Positions 27,101-42,100 of a DNA stretch of 64,000 nt are shown here, in pieces; position 1 is the first letter of the stretch, and each line of letters starts with the position of its first letter. The DNA is from Malacoraja senta (Eukaryota). A program made the position numbers and the translations under genes. Under the pieces are notes generated by a model. That model saw only the letters and a list, made by a program, of their open reading frames with translations. It was not told the DNA's origin and made no database searches. The stretch lies in contig CM075988.1 of the NCBI GenBank assembly GCA_038087875.1, positions 20,090,001-20,154,000 on the forward strand, read 5' to 3'.

Positions 27101-30100
27101 GCTGTTCTTTTTCTAAATTATTGTATGTTCTTAATTGCAGTTCTGATCCCTAAGCAATGGAGTTACCTGAGGACATCAGTTTTGAAGAGATATTGCCACA
27201 TTGTAAAAGTCCAGCTCCTGAGCCCTATTCTTTTTGGTCGGCCTTACACAGATGAACTGTACAGGAACTGGGCTGTTGAAGCAAAGCTCATCCAACCTGA
27301 GGAGTAAGTTATGGAGTATATCTGGCAGCTTGGTAAACAGTAGTGGTAGAGTGGTAAAGTAGTATACTCGCCTTCATTGGTCAGGGCATTGATTACAGGA
27401 GTTAGGAAATTATGACGCACATCCATAAGACTTTGGTTAGGCTGCTTATGAGTATTGCAAGCAGTTCTGGTCGCCTCATTACAGGTACAGTAATCAAATG
27501 TAAAATACACTTGGATAGGTACATGGATAGGTGGAAGGTACATGGAAGGATATGGACCAAATGTGCGCAAATGGGATTAGCTAAGATTGTGCATCTTGGT
27601 TGGAAAGGATGAATTGGGCCAATGGACCATTTCCCTTGCTTTATGACTATAATTCTATGATAACTTTGTTGCATACAGTATTGTAAGTTTCTTGTAACTA
27701 TAGTTCATGTAACTATTTTTCTTGTAGTTGTGGTGAACTGCAAGACTTTGATCTCAAAACACTGAAGATCATAGAACTTTTGGAATCTGCTCATAGAGCC
27801 CTGCTTGTATATGCTGTAAGTATCTAAAACTTGGCCTGGTGGTATAATGTCTCATTCTGTTCTCCTAATTGGTGTCTTTTGATTTATTTTCAAATTATTT
27901 TGTAGTTGAAGCGACCACTGCTGATCCAGTTTGTTCGTGTTAATGAAAACCTTGTTCAGGTAAAACCAAGTTATTTTTCTAGTTTTGTTGAGCTGTTTTA
28001 AAGCATGAGACAAAGTACATAATTAAGATGTTCCCGAAGTAAAATGGATCAAAATGTATAACAGGTGGACAACCACAATATCCTCCACCAGGGTGTGGTC
28101 ATAATCTCCACGCATTGTCCTAGAGGCCATTATTTTAAGTCCATTTTCAGAAGGGAAACACTTTTTCCTCTGGAGCATGTAACTTCCCTGGCTCTTCACA
28201 ACAAACCTAAAAAAAATGCTTGAGACACAAGGAGATACTGGAATCTTGTGGAAAACTCAAAGTGTGGGAGGAGCACAGCAGTTCAGACAGGGAGAGAATA
28301 GACATGATTGGTCCCAACCTTTGTGTTTTAAAATGGCTGTGATTACATTTTTCAAGCAGTAAAACAACAAAGAATCAAATATAGCAGTTTTCTTGATCTG
28401 AAACGTCACCTGTTCATTTCTCCACACTTTGGGCGGCACGGTGGCGCAGCTGTAGAGTTGTTGCCTTACAGCGCTTGCAGCGCCAGAGACGCGGGTTCGA
28501 TCCTGACTACGGGTGTTGTCTGTACGAAGTTTGTACCTTCTCTCCGTGACCACATAGGTTTTCGCCGAGATCTTCCCACACTCCATAGATATACAGGTTT
28601 TTATTGGCTTGTTATAAGTGTTAATTGTCCCTAGTGTGTGTAGGATAGTGTTAATGTGCAGGGATCGCTGGTCGGTGCGGATTCAGTGGGCCGAAGGACC
28701 TGTTTCCGCGCTGCATCTCTAAACTAAACTTTTAAAAAAGGGTTGGTTCTGTTGGTTTATCCCACACTTTGGTTTGCTAAAGAAAAAGATTCTTCACTCC
28801 TGTAAAATGAAGAATCATGGCTGTTGTGGAATATAAAGGGTTCTTTCATTCAAAGACTAATGTAATTAAAAATAGTGCTTTACGTCAGCAGTATATCCAT
28901 TCTGAAAGAATTGACTGGTAGTGTACAGTGTATTGAATGGAACAACATGTGCTTACCATTTTTAAATGAAAGCTGATTCTCTTTTCTGTCATTATCTCCT
29001 GGAGCATATTCATTTCTAAGCTAAAGGTCTTATTTTCAGTGTTCCACTTTGGAAGAGGCAATAAAGGTTGTAAAGCAGCAGAAGATTTTTCGGGATGCCT
29101 GGGAAATAACTGTTGGAAATAAAATGCAAGTGGCTACAATCCTCGCACTTACTAGCCTTCATTGTGAGTACTGCTTGGTGCTACATAACGTTATTCCCTT
29201 ATCCCTTATGTATCAATACACTGTAAATGGATCGATTGTAATAATGTATTGTATTTCTGCTAACTTGTTAGCATGCAACAAAAATCTTTTCACTGTACCT
29301 CAGTACACTTGACAATAGGCGGTTGTCCGAGGTTATGGGGAGAAGGCAAGAGAATGGGGTTATGAGGGAGAGATAGATCAGCCATGATTGAATGGCGGAG
29401 TAGATTTGATGGGCCGAATGGCCTAATTCTACTCTTATCACATGATATGATAAACTAAACTGAAACTAAGAATTCTGAACTCTGTTTGAAACTTCTGACT
29501 GCACATGAGGATTTCTTTTTAAATCCAGATGGATTTTTGCTGAAAAAAAGTTAATTTAAATGCTGGTTGGCAAAATAATCAGCATGAAAAAAACATTGGT
29601 GCATTTACATCACCTGCCACTGTGTATAATACTTTAGCTGTGATATACATGTTGTGTCTTGTGGCATGTTTTGAATTTGTATAGGAGACTTAGGTTTTGT
29701 CAGCCATTAGTTATTCTCTGCATAGCAGAGTTGGGAGAGGAACATTTGGAAGGGTTAACGTTGAGAAAGTGATTGTTTTATAAAGTTCATGGATATATAT
29801 AATAATCAAGGACATTTTTCATTTGCAAATTTGTTATATTCCTTTTGATTACTGTTTCATGGGTGGTACGGAGATCGACAAGGTAGTAGGGACAACTGCC
29901 ATGTCAAAGCAGGAAAAGGTAGAGCAACAAATAATTGGCCCTGGAAAGGACCAGGTTGTGAAATGTGCCAGAAAACACCAAAACACTGGTTGGAATAATC
30001 AGATTATTGGGATATGGCTTGAGACTGGCTAGTCTCTGGAGGCAAGTAAAAATGATTCATTGATTTGGAAAGGTGGGAGTGGGGAAAACAGATATCAAAC

Positions 30101-33100
30101 AGTGGGTCTGTAAGTTGATTATAAAGCAATTGATGTAATGGGAAGTTAGAGAGTAGTGAATCATAGCAACTTATGGGCTGGTGAGGAATGGACACTTGTT
30201 CAGCTTCATCCAGTTGTTCAGCAAAGCAGGAGTTAATCAAGACTGAAATACAAGATCGATACAACTTTTGGAATTACTGATTTGGTCCTGATTGATTGTA
30301 ATTTAATTTGTTCACATGAGCTTGTTAAATTATCATGGGCTAAATAGAATCCCAACAAAAGCAATTGAGCACAGAAGCCACATCAAATGTTACGTATCAC
30401 TTGTACATGTTTAAATACTCTGAGGAACATGAAAGCTAAAAGCTCCTGATATGTAAATATATTTTCACATTTTTTTGTTGCAGATTTTAATTTGATAAAG
30501 CAGTATTCTATTGATCAGAATCTGTTTGAGCAATTTGAAGATCAGTGCTTTCAGGAAAAGCAGGTAAGCGATTCAACTGGTCTGAGTAAAAGTAATAATT
30601 TATCCTTTTAAAGTTCACAATGTTGTAATTTTAGAAATGTATATCATTTATTCGTTCTTCCGCCAACATTAGCAGTGTTAATCAATTGTAAAAGAAGGTA
30701 GATTTTATTACAATTTTGCCCAAGAAATAAGAAAACCTATTTGAATAAGCAAGTTCGGTATTCCGACTGTGCATGCCCAGGTCATAGGTCACACGCGATA
30801 AACATTCTCGGCAGCTGTGCTGCTGCATGAATACAGACCTGCGTTTCATCCGTAGTCAGGATTGAACCCGGGTCTCCACTGCTGCAAGTGCTGTTGAATT
30901 GCTACTGGACCGTCCCCTCCCGAGTGTCCCATCCCTGTCCGGGGGTGGCCGGAGATGTCCGGGGTGACCCTGGAGTGACGGGACACCGGCCTGTTGCAGT
31001 GGCGGCCCAGGCTTACAGCCAGCGTGGAGAAGAAGCGCTAACTCCAGCTCAACTCTGCCTGTCCCGCTGGGTTAACCGACTGCCCTGGACTGACGGGACA
31101 CCGGCCCGGAGCAGTGGAGTTAGTGCTTCTCCGCACTGGCTGTAGCCTGGGCCGCCACTGCAATGGGCTGATGTCCTATGACGAATCCCATGATTCCTTG
31201 CGTTTTTCGGAATACCGAACTCGCTTATTAATTGCTTTGAACTGCATCCAAGATGTTAACAAGTCCAAAAGGTTTGGGCCAGTGTTGAAGTTAAACTGCT
31301 CCCTTGCATGTTCAATCCTATTTTATTTACATGAGAATCAGATCTATCTCATGGATGGTGAAACAGGGCGGCACAGTGATGCCGAGGTAGAGTTGCTGAT
31401 TGCATCGCCAGAGACCCAGGTTCGACCCTGACTACAGGTACTGTCTATACGGAGTCTGTACGTTCTGCCTATGACCACATGGGTTTTCTCCAGGTGCTCC
31501 AGTTTCTTCCCACACTCCAAAGATGTATAGGTATGGTAGGTTAATTGGCTTCGGTAATAAAATGTAAATTGTCCCTAGTGTGTAGGATAGTGCATTGTAT
31601 GAGGTGATCGCTGGTCAGTGTGAACTCGTGGGCCAAAGCGCCTGTTACCACGTTGTATCTCTAAAGTCTAAAAGCCTACAAAGTTACACAAGATGTTCTT
31701 GCCAAGAATTTCATCCCTTTTGAACCATTGCTGTTGAATCCTGATTTGTTGCAATGTGCTGTGCTGGTTCTCCAATGTGACTGTAAAGATATCGAACTAA
31801 ATTTGTAGAAAAAGCTTATGAAGTAGGGTAGATTTATAGTTTTTTTTTTTTTTTTAATTTGGACATGAAAATTACCTATTTAATTTTCAGCAAGCAAAAA
31901 TACTTCATGACCTTTGGGAAGCAGATTTGAAAAAACAACATTATGAATCAGCGGTGAAGTCTTTAAATGAAGCAATAAGTGTTTGGTAAGAATTTGCATG
32001 CTGAGATTATGCAAGGTGTAGAAAGTTTTGTCATATTTGTGAATGAGACTAATGAATTGCAGTGGCTGTACACGTATTTGGTTTCATGTGAATTAGGAGC
32101 AGGAGTGGGGCAGTAAACCTTTCAAGCCTACCCTGCTACGACATTCGATCATGATATATCTTTTTGCAAACTCATACTCCACACTACCACCTACCGATAG
32201 TAATCTTTGACTCCTTTACGTATCAAGAATATCTAGTTCCAAATACCCATAACCGTCTGAGAGAATCAATCTCGCCTCATATTTGTCTTAAATGGGTTAG
32301 ACCTTGTTTTTAAACGGTGGCCACCTGGTTATACATTTTCCCACATGAGAGAAACGTCCTCTCCACATCTAGCTTGTCAAGCAAGACCCACAAGACCTCA
32401 TATTTCAACCAATCCCTCACTCTTCTAAATACCAGCAGCTGAGCTGCTCAACCTGCTCAAAGACATCTGACTTAAATGCAGCATAAACATTTTCAATCTT
32501 TGTTGGTTTTTCTATAGCAAAATGTACAAAAGTAAATGTGAAAAGATTTCATTTAGACAAAGTGGTTGTAATTTCATTAAAGTGATGTATTTATGGAGAG
32601 ATTGATTACAGTGCACTTTAATCTTTTTCTGTTCTGTCTGATTAAAGAACAAAACGCGATACCACAAAATCTTGGAACTTTTTCTTTTATGTAAGATTTC
32701 CCCCAGCTCTCCACAAAATTTTTGTGATTTTGTGAAAAACAATTTCATAAGACAACTAAAAACTTGGGTTATCTATTAGAACATTTGCAGTTCATATGAA
32801 AATTGGCTTGTTTTCTTGCATTCATTATTTTTATGGTGCTTTATTGTTAATATAAATTCTCATGCTATGTGAGTTATGATGTTGATGCAATTTGTGAAAT
32901 GTTTCAGGACTAAAAACTGATTTGTGCACATTTTTCTTTGCAGTGCATTCAATCACTTGTTGTATGAGAAAAGATCATATTGCTATTTGCAATTATGTCA
33001 ATACAAGTAAGTTGCTTCTGCTCTTTTCTAGACCATTCATTCTTTAATAAAATGTAATTCCAGATTGTGTATTTTATTAATATGTGGGGATGGGATGTAT

Positions 33101-36100
33101 TGGGGTATCCTTTGAAGTTAAGTTGGTTATGTCTGTTGATAAAGGATTAAAGCAACGTGATTTAAGGTATCTGGTATAAGATTGCCAGGGAATTATATGA
33201 CTTCATTTTTGTTTTGATCTAGTGTAATTTCAGATCTAGCTATGTAATTTTACTAATTTGGAACATTTGGTTAATCATGTTTTGATACTGATTAATTACA
33301 TAAAACTACTGTCAAATGGCTGTATATTTATCTTTACTAAGAAACAAAGTATTCTCATTTACGGACAATTAGGAGACTATTGGGCCTCTTATTTTGTTTT
33401 AGGATTTTTTGTTCTGAGAATTTAAAAGTATTCTGTTGTTAATTTATTTGAGTAAAAATATACATAGTCAAAATGGAGAATATTTTGTTCATTTAATGTC
33501 ATTATGAATATCACCACATTGCATTTTAAATAGTTAACATTGCATTGCTTGTTGCTTCACAGAAAAGCATGGAGCGATGCAAAGCGGTGCATTGTCCTGA
33601 AACCTCATTCCATTGAGGTATGTAAACCTGGTACATTTTACTCCGTTTCCGTTTCTGGCAAAGCAAGTCCAAAGTATCAGTGATGCCTCTGCTCTTCAAC
33701 CTATGTGATTCCAAATATTTGCAAACTTTAATATTTGGAACTGTTAAAAAAAAAAAATGTGGAACAAAGTTTTAGAAGGATCACTCACCTTCTGGGATCA
33801 CAGTTTCCTCACCTTCGCTTTTGATGCCAAAAGGCCTCAGTAACAACAGTTCCTTTTAATATTTATTTTTTCTCTTTTAGGGCCATTATCTGTTTGCCGG
33901 AGCGCAGTGTGGAAAAGGATGGTATACACGCGCTTTGAAGGCTAATTCGTTGGGTATTCGAGACTGTCAGAGGAAAGGACTGAACATAAAAGGTTTGACA
34001 GAACAGCGAGAACTGATTCAAACTGAACAATTACTTTCATCGAAAGGTTTGTCAAAATTCCCACACTTGATGTATTTGCATGCTGCAGCGGTATTTTGCA
34101 TCGGTTTAATAGACTGCAACACAATAAATCTGAGAAAACAATTATTGCTGTATCAGCATCCATTCAAGCAATAATAAAAGTTAAGGAATAATTTATAGCA
34201 TTCAGTGAAAACCTATCTTCCATAACTTAGTTTTTGATGCTTAATTTGTATTCTGCTGAAAGACTTATATCTGTACATCGGCAAGACCAAGCAGAGACTA
34301 GGTGACTGTTTTGTCGAACATTTGCGTTCGATCCACCAAGGAATGCTGGGTCTCCTGGTTGCTAACTATTTTAACTCCCCTTCCCATCCCCATACTGACC
34401 TTATGGGGACCTTGGAGGAAATGCACCTCATATTCCGCTTGGGCAGTCTACATCCTGGTGGCCTGAACGTTGAATTCTCCCAATTCTGCTAGCCCTGGCT
34501 GTCCCCTCCCCTTCATCAGCCATCTGGTTGTCTCCTCCCCTCCCCCAGCCCTCGGGCTCCTCCTCCGCCTTTTCCTTTTTTCCTTTCTTCTCCCCACCCC
34601 CTATCAGTCTGAAGAAGGGTTTCGGCCCGAAACGTTACCTATTTCCTTCGCTCCATAGATGCTGCTGCACCCGCTGAGTTTCTCCAGCATTTTTGTGTAC
34701 CTCCCATACTGACCTTTCTGTCCTGAGCCACCACCAGTCTCAGTGAGGCCACACGCAAAAGGAACAACACCTCATATTTCACTTGGGTAGATTATAACCA
34801 GTATGAACATTGAATGCTCCAATTTCAGGTAAATAACCCACCAGCAACCTCCATTCTCCCTTTCCCCTGTCCTCTTCCACCTATATTCCTTCTTCTGGCT
34901 GCACAATTCGCACTTCATTCATTATCTCATCCCCTTTGTCTTCTTCTCTGGCCTTTTTGTCCAACCATCTACCTATCAAAACTCCCCTCATCTGTGTCCA
35001 CCTATCAAAACTCTCCTCATCTGTATCCACCTATCACTTGCCAGGCTTTGTGCTGCCCCCACCTCTCTCCCCCTTCCCCCTCCCACCGCACCACAATTAG
35101 TCTGAAGAAGAGTCCCAAATCCAACCTCTTGCCTATCCATGCTCTCTAGAGATGCTGTCTGACCCGCTGACTTCCTCCAGCACTTTGTGTCTTGGTCTAT
35201 ATGTAGCCCTGAAAATGTTTAGTTTATTCAGGAAGAAATTATGATTGACAGAGTAATGTTATATCCAGTCATACACAAACTGATTAAGTTTGTGTATATA
35301 CTTACGAAGGACAAAGTAATGGCACCTGTTTTGGAAACTGGTTTAATGAATAAGTGTGTCCTAATTCCACATATTTTCTGCTTGTGTTCAGAGAAACAAA
35401 TTGGGAAAACGGAGAGTGACAGGTAGAATGTTTTACATTTTCTATTCTGTTTTTTTATTGTCCTAAGTTAAATGATTTAATTTGAAAAATTATGTCTTTC
35501 TGATTGGCTAATTCTCCTAACTAATATATTATAATGTTCATAAATCTAGGGCCACGCAGTGGCGCAGCGGTAGAGTTGCTGCCTCTCAGCACCAGAAACC
35601 CGGGTTCAATCCTGACCATGTGTGCTGTCTGTGTGGAGTTTGCACATTTTCCACGTGACTGTGTGTGTTTCCTCCAGGTGCTCCAGTTTCGTCCCACGTC
35701 CCAAATACGTGTGGTTTTGTAGGTTAATTGGCCTTTCTAAATTTTCCCAGTGTGTGTAAGGAGTGGATAAGAAAATGGATTAACATAGAACGTATGAACT
35801 TCATAGCAAGAGGATTTGAGTATAGGAGCAGGGAGGTTCTACTGCAGTTGTACAGGGTCTTGGTGAGACCACACCAGGAGTATTGCGTGCAGTTTTGGTC
35901 TCCAAATCTGAGGAAGGACATTATAGCCATAGGGGGAGTGCATAGAAGGTTCACCAGACTGATTCCTGGGATGTCAGGACTTTCATATGAAGAAAGACTG
36001 GATAGACTTGGCTTATACTCGCTAGAATTTAGGAGATTGAGAGGGGATCTTATAGAAATGTACAAAATTCTTATGGGGTTGGACAGGCTAGATGCAGGAA

Positions 36101-39100
36101 GATTGTTCCCGATGTTGGGGAAGTCCAGGACAAGGGGTCACAGCTTAAGGATAAGGGGGAAATCCTTTAAGACCGAGATGAGGAAAAACGTTTTCACACA
36201 GAGAGTGGTGAATCTCTGGAACTCTCTGCCACAGAGGGTAGTTGACGCCAGTTCATTGGCTATATTTAAGAGGGAGTTAGATGTGGCCCTTGTGGCTAAA
36301 GGGATCAGGGGGTATGGAGAGAAGGCAGGTACGGGATACTGAGTTGGATGATCAGCCATGATCATATTGAATGGCGGTGCAGGCTCGAAGGGCCGAATGG
36401 CCTACTCCTGCACCTATTTTCTATGTATCTATGAATGATAGAACGTGGACTCGGTGGCTTGAAGGGTCTGTTTCCACGCTGTATCGCTGAACTATACTAA
36501 TGTTTGGAAACTGTGTTCATATCTAGTTTGAAAGAAAGCACTGATACTGAGAGTTCCACACCTGAAGAGGATGATGAGGATGGAGATGATGAATCTAGAG
36601 AAGATGATGTGATCCCTTCAGTTGATGGTGTGGATGCATGGCTGGAAAATACTAAAGATAATGATCGGGCTGCGCAGGAGCAAAATGAGCATACTCTGCC
36701 TTTTGATGTAAGTTCACAATATACCTCTGAGGTCTTATTTAATTCAGCCGGTTACATTCCTCCCAAACATTCTTCCCAAAAATTGTCATCATAAAATTTA
36801 ATCCTGCAGTTATTTTGGTCAGGTTAAGTGGCAGATGTGAGATTTTACAGCTTTATTCAACATAAATTGGTGTTTCCAATAGAGGAGTTATTTACTTCAA
36901 TAACTAAATTATGCAGCAGGACTGTAATAGAAACCATATAGTCTGAAGTAGGGTCCCAATGCGAAACATCCATTTTCACCTGAGATGCTGCCTGACCCGC
37001 TGAGTTACTCCAGCATTTTGTGTCTTTCTTTGGTATAAACCAGCATCGGCAATTCGTTTTATTACATAAAATCATATTGTTAATTTAATTGATCACAACC
37101 TGTCAAATTGAACAGTGATATTCATCTATATATTTTGTGGATAAAATATTGAATTAGCATTTATGTGTCGCCACGCTTTCTCGATTTATACTTGCATCAA
37201 ATAGACATTTGCAATTTTATTTTTTGGGCTCTTATTCCCAACCATGTCAATTTAATTTCTTGTCTATATTTATTTAAGGCAACAAGTACACAACATCACC
37301 TCCCAATGCATTGCTATTATCTATTTTCGTCTATGTGTCTGTGGTTCCCATGGTGAATGCCTTGAGGGCTGCTCTTGAGTCACCCCTATTATCATTGAGA
37401 CATATGGAGCTTGCTTCCCTATCTCTTAACACATTAAGATGAAAAAAAAATCTTCATATAACTTCCTATCTTAAGGGGGCCTTCCAATGGACTGCTTATT
37501 TCTGAGTTTTCGGGCAGAACAGCGACAGAGCTGGTAGAGCTGCTGCCTCTCAGCCCCAGAGATCCAGGTTCGATCCTCATCTCGTTGCTGTCTGTGCTGT
37601 TTGTACATTCACTCTGTGACTGCGTTGGTTTCTCCAGGCGCTCTGCTTTCATCCCACATTACAGGCATGCAGGTTTGTAGGTTAATTGGCTTTTATAAGT
37701 TGCCACTAGTGTGCAGGACATAGAACTAGTGTTCGGGTGATCGATGGTCGGTGTGGACTGGGTAGGCCTAAGGGCCAGTTTCCATTCTGTATGTCTCAGA
37801 ATCTTTTTAATTCAGATCCTTAAACCATGTCTGCCTTGTTTGAAGTGGCAGGGATGCTATCTGATCTCTGACATTATATATGAGATATATAAGCCAACCC
37901 AAAAGGGTAGGTCCTACCAAGGTACACCTCATTCAAGTTGATGGATCTAGCAGGACTTGACAGGCTAGAAGTTGAGTTGATGTTTGCTGTGGCTGTCCTG
38001 TTCCAAAATAAAAGCTCATCTATTCAAGACATGAGAAATGTCTTCATCAGGGGATAGTGAATCTTTGAAATGGCCTACCCAGAAAGAATCTGAACACTCA
38101 GTCACAGAGATTTGTTTATATTATCAATCTAAGGAATATGGGGAGAGTGCAGGCAAGTGATGCTGATGTTAAATATTAGCCACAGTTTGTCTGATTGGTG
38201 CAACGATACGAGGGGCTAATGTCCTACTCCCATGTCTATTAGTTAGATCGAACTCAAACTTCTGAAGTAGCTTGTGTTAACAATACATTTTGTTGAAGAG
38301 AACATACAAGTTCCAGGTATGGAGTGGAGTGGAGTTTGACATCCACCCCCATCTTACTAACATCCAGATTAATGAATTACCAAATAAATATACAAAATGC
38401 TATCCTGGTAAGATTTTGTCTGTGAAGGGCATAGATTCATGATATTTTGTTGAATTAGCAGATCTTAGTCATGGGATAGCTGCCCTTCGTTCAACATTTC
38501 AGCGCCCCGTTGCATATCCATCTTCTTAATCTAGCAATGTTACAAAATTTTGAGATTTTAAAAATCAAGTCTGCAATTTATCCCATCAGATAAAGCATAA
38601 AAAGAAGTTTAATTTGACACCTAATTCACTTTCATATCTTCAGTATTAAAGAAGTTATGGCCATTTTCATACTCGGAAATTAGCATCTTGTTCCCTATTG
38701 CTTTTCCATTGACTTAACACAAAAGCTGTGATCGAGGACAGTTTCCATAACTTTCTTAAAAATTAAGATAACTGAAAGAAATTTTCAGTTATTATAGATT
38801 GAAGCATTCTGAAACAAATATGAAACAATCTTACTTAGAAGACATGAAAGTAAAGCATATAATTAGTTAGTTACCTAATTGTAGCTAATTACAAAATTCA
38901 ATTACTAGATCTAAACATCTATCAATTTCTTCAGAATAGATTAACATTTTTAAATAGCCTAAGTGTCCAAATAACATTCACACAATAATTCACAATATAA
39001 CATAATTTTTAAATCTAATTTTCATGAATTTACAGGCCAAATGGAAGGAATTGAATGTTTAATACCTGTAAATTAATGGGCATTTAATTCATCTTGTGAG

Positions 39101-42100
39101 TGAGGATTTCTGGAACGCGATCTTTCGGAACGTTCATTTGCGGCTAATTTAACCCCGTATTGGCATGAAAAATACTGCCGTTAGTTCGGGGAATAAAATC
39201 ACCGTTTCGCATGAAAAAATGTGAATTAAAGGCTTCTTAAGAAGCACTTTTATACATTTAAAGAAACCACTTTCATTTACCTGTCCCGTGTGTGAAATCC
39301 GTCCCCGTTATCGGCGTTGACGCTTCAGGAGCTGCTTTTAAAATTACTCCAGCGCTGACATTGACGATTTAATAAAAATAATAAATTCACAAAACGCCCC
39401 TAGGAACGATTTTTCAGCAAACGCTTGTACTCCAACGAAATATAATTCAGGACAAGGTAGGAGAAACCCGCGTTTTAACCCCGCCCCCCCCTTAAAGGCG
39501 CCAAAATCGCGCACACGGCCAGTGGCAGAATTATAGCGCGACTGAAGGTAAGTTTTGTAACATACCTACTTAATCCATGTCAGTTAGTCCAGTAAAGTTA
39601 AATGCTGTCAAATCGAGGTCTGTTCATACAAAGAAAACCCCTTTATGACAGCATTTACTTTCCAAGGACCTATCTGAATTATTCAGCTGCTATCTCATCT
39701 TTCCATGTGTCTACTTTTCCCCATCTCGGTCTGTTTCACTGCTGGTAACCACTTATGTGCATGCTGCTGTAATAGGAGTCACTTCATTGCATAAACCCCT
39801 ATCTAAGCAGCATTGACACTCAAGCAGAATTTTTGCTAATATAATTTCCAACAAAGTGCTGAATAATTAATTTTTTCATAGCAATGAAAAATAGTTTTTT
39901 ACATAATACCAATGCAAAATTTGAAGGGTGGTTTTAAATTAGTATGCGATGGTCTAAGCCATTTAAATCGGCCACCGAGTTGAAAAGTAGGTTAAAGATA
40001 CACCCCAATGTACAAGCATCTGACTGATATAAACAGTGCGTCACATTGTACTTTAGTAGTTTGTAAGTGTGGGTGGGGGTTTACATTGGGTTTCAAGATT
40101 TATCAAGTTCAAAGTAAAGTATGAGGAAATGAATTATAATAATGAGTGAAAGTATTTGGTTGAGGTCACAGATAAGTGACGCTGGTTCAGTAAAGCTAAA
40201 AACTGACCTTAAAAATGGGTGTAAGGGAAGTAACTCATTCGTATATATGTGGATGGCTGTATTTTCCACCTGTTTCATCAGGAGGTGCAACCTAATTCAT
40301 CATAAAACACTATTGAGAAAGAAGAGGGCCACAGATGCTGCAAAATACTACCATGGCAACTATTTCGTCATTCACCATTTTACTTAATGGCACCGTCCAC
40401 CGTTGTTTAAAAAAAAAAGAGTCTCCCCTTCATTACCTTGAGCTGCTGGGGATGAGTAATGAATTTTCACCTTATTTTGAGTGCCAGCTCCCTGGATTGT
40501 CCATTTATGTAAAATAAAAGGTGATATCTTTGCAATTGCTTGCTGTACATGGTTCTAGTTTGATGAGCTATGTATGCCCACAAAATCATACAAAGCTCCA
40601 TAGAGAATAGTAGGGGAAAATGCAAAAGAATGAAAGTTTACATTAAGTGGCTTTGATATTTTGACTTTTTTTAGCAATGATATACTGGAAGAGTAGGTTA
40701 AATGGCCCCAATGTGCTCTATAAACAGCAAAACGTTGGGATAAAATATTTGCATTCACTTCACTGGTGATATAGTTTCATTTTTATAGCCATTCTATCAA
40801 ATAACATGTTTTGTTTTTCAGATTCCTTTCCTATCAATGAACTTCAATGGTAGCAGCTCTGATTCTGAAAATGAAAACTTTGACAGATTGAACAAAGGTC
40901 ATGGATCAAAGATGTTATCTGGAGAATGTACTTCTGATTCCGAGTCAGACTCCAGTTTGAAAGAAGACCAAGGAGATTTTGCAGTTCCACGTAATTCTGT
41001 GGAATCTGACAACCAAGAAAAATGTATACTTGCAGTTGGTACAAAAACTCCATCGTTCCTGGGTATAGACACTGGAAAAGATGCTTCTACACCTTCTACT
41101 GATACGGGAACAACTGCATCATCATCTCCTACTGATCCTAGAAAGGACATGAACTACTCTGTATCTTCTGCAGCACAGCCATCACCTGATGAAAGGTAAA
41201 GCATTCAAATTAGACAAAGAACTGTGGATGCTGTAATCTTGTTTAGAACACAGTGCTGGAGTAACCAAGCGGGTTAGGAGGCATCTGTGGAGGGAATGGA
41301 TAGGTAACATTTTAGGTCAGGACCCTTCTTCAGACCGATTGTAGTAAGGGGAGAAAGCTAGCTGACCCGCTGAGTTACTCCACGCTTTGTGTTCTATTAA
41401 AATTAAGTCTTTTTTATAATTATCTGCCGTCTCTGGTTTCCAGATTTTAATCTAGGTTGCTAAATTATTCTTTTGGAAGTGTGGGGTATCTAAATTTTGA
41501 TTGTTCTAATTACCACTTTTTGTACATAATTTGTCCATCACACATTGTACTGCACCTACCTTAAGTATATTTATCTTATTACCAGCATTTGCGTTTCTTT
41601 AAAGTGTTCTTTTAATAAGTTGCATGTCCTTGAATCATGATATACTATTAAAAACATTGATTTGTAACAAATGTGACAAGCAATTATTTTTATTACAGTC
41701 GGGTAATGCTCAAGGAAGTGGAACAAGTAAGTAGTGAGAGCAAGCAGCATGTAGCTTACAACACATCCATAGAACAGCACGAAGAACCAACACTGGAAAT
41801 GAGTTCAAAGGTAGGAAAAGTAAAATAAAACTAATGCTTGCAAGAATTTGTGTAAAATTCTGAAAGTCAATGTTTGATTTGTATTTTATATCTGCAAGAC
41901 ACAACTCAGTTAAGTTTCAGTTTAGTTTATTGTCACGTGTACTGAGGTACAGTGAAACGCTTTTGTTGCATGCTAACGAGTCAGTGGAAAGACAACACCT
42001 GATTACAATCGAGCCATTTACAGTGTATAGCTACCTCAAATTTACTTCTGTTGTAGAAGGAGCAAATAGTGAATCTGAGCTTGCAGCCAATAATCTAGTA

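Noticed and set aside
28431..28510. tRNA-like sequence with A and B boxes
   Set aside because: It is the head of a SINE repeated at least five times in the window, not a tRNA gene.
36618..41102. Inverted similarity between two coding exons (36618-36639 vs 41081-41102, 18 of 22 nt), visible as VIPSVDGVDA versus antisense VPVSVEGVEA
   Set aside because: Short match in low-complexity sequence; matches of this quality are expected by chance in 64 kb.
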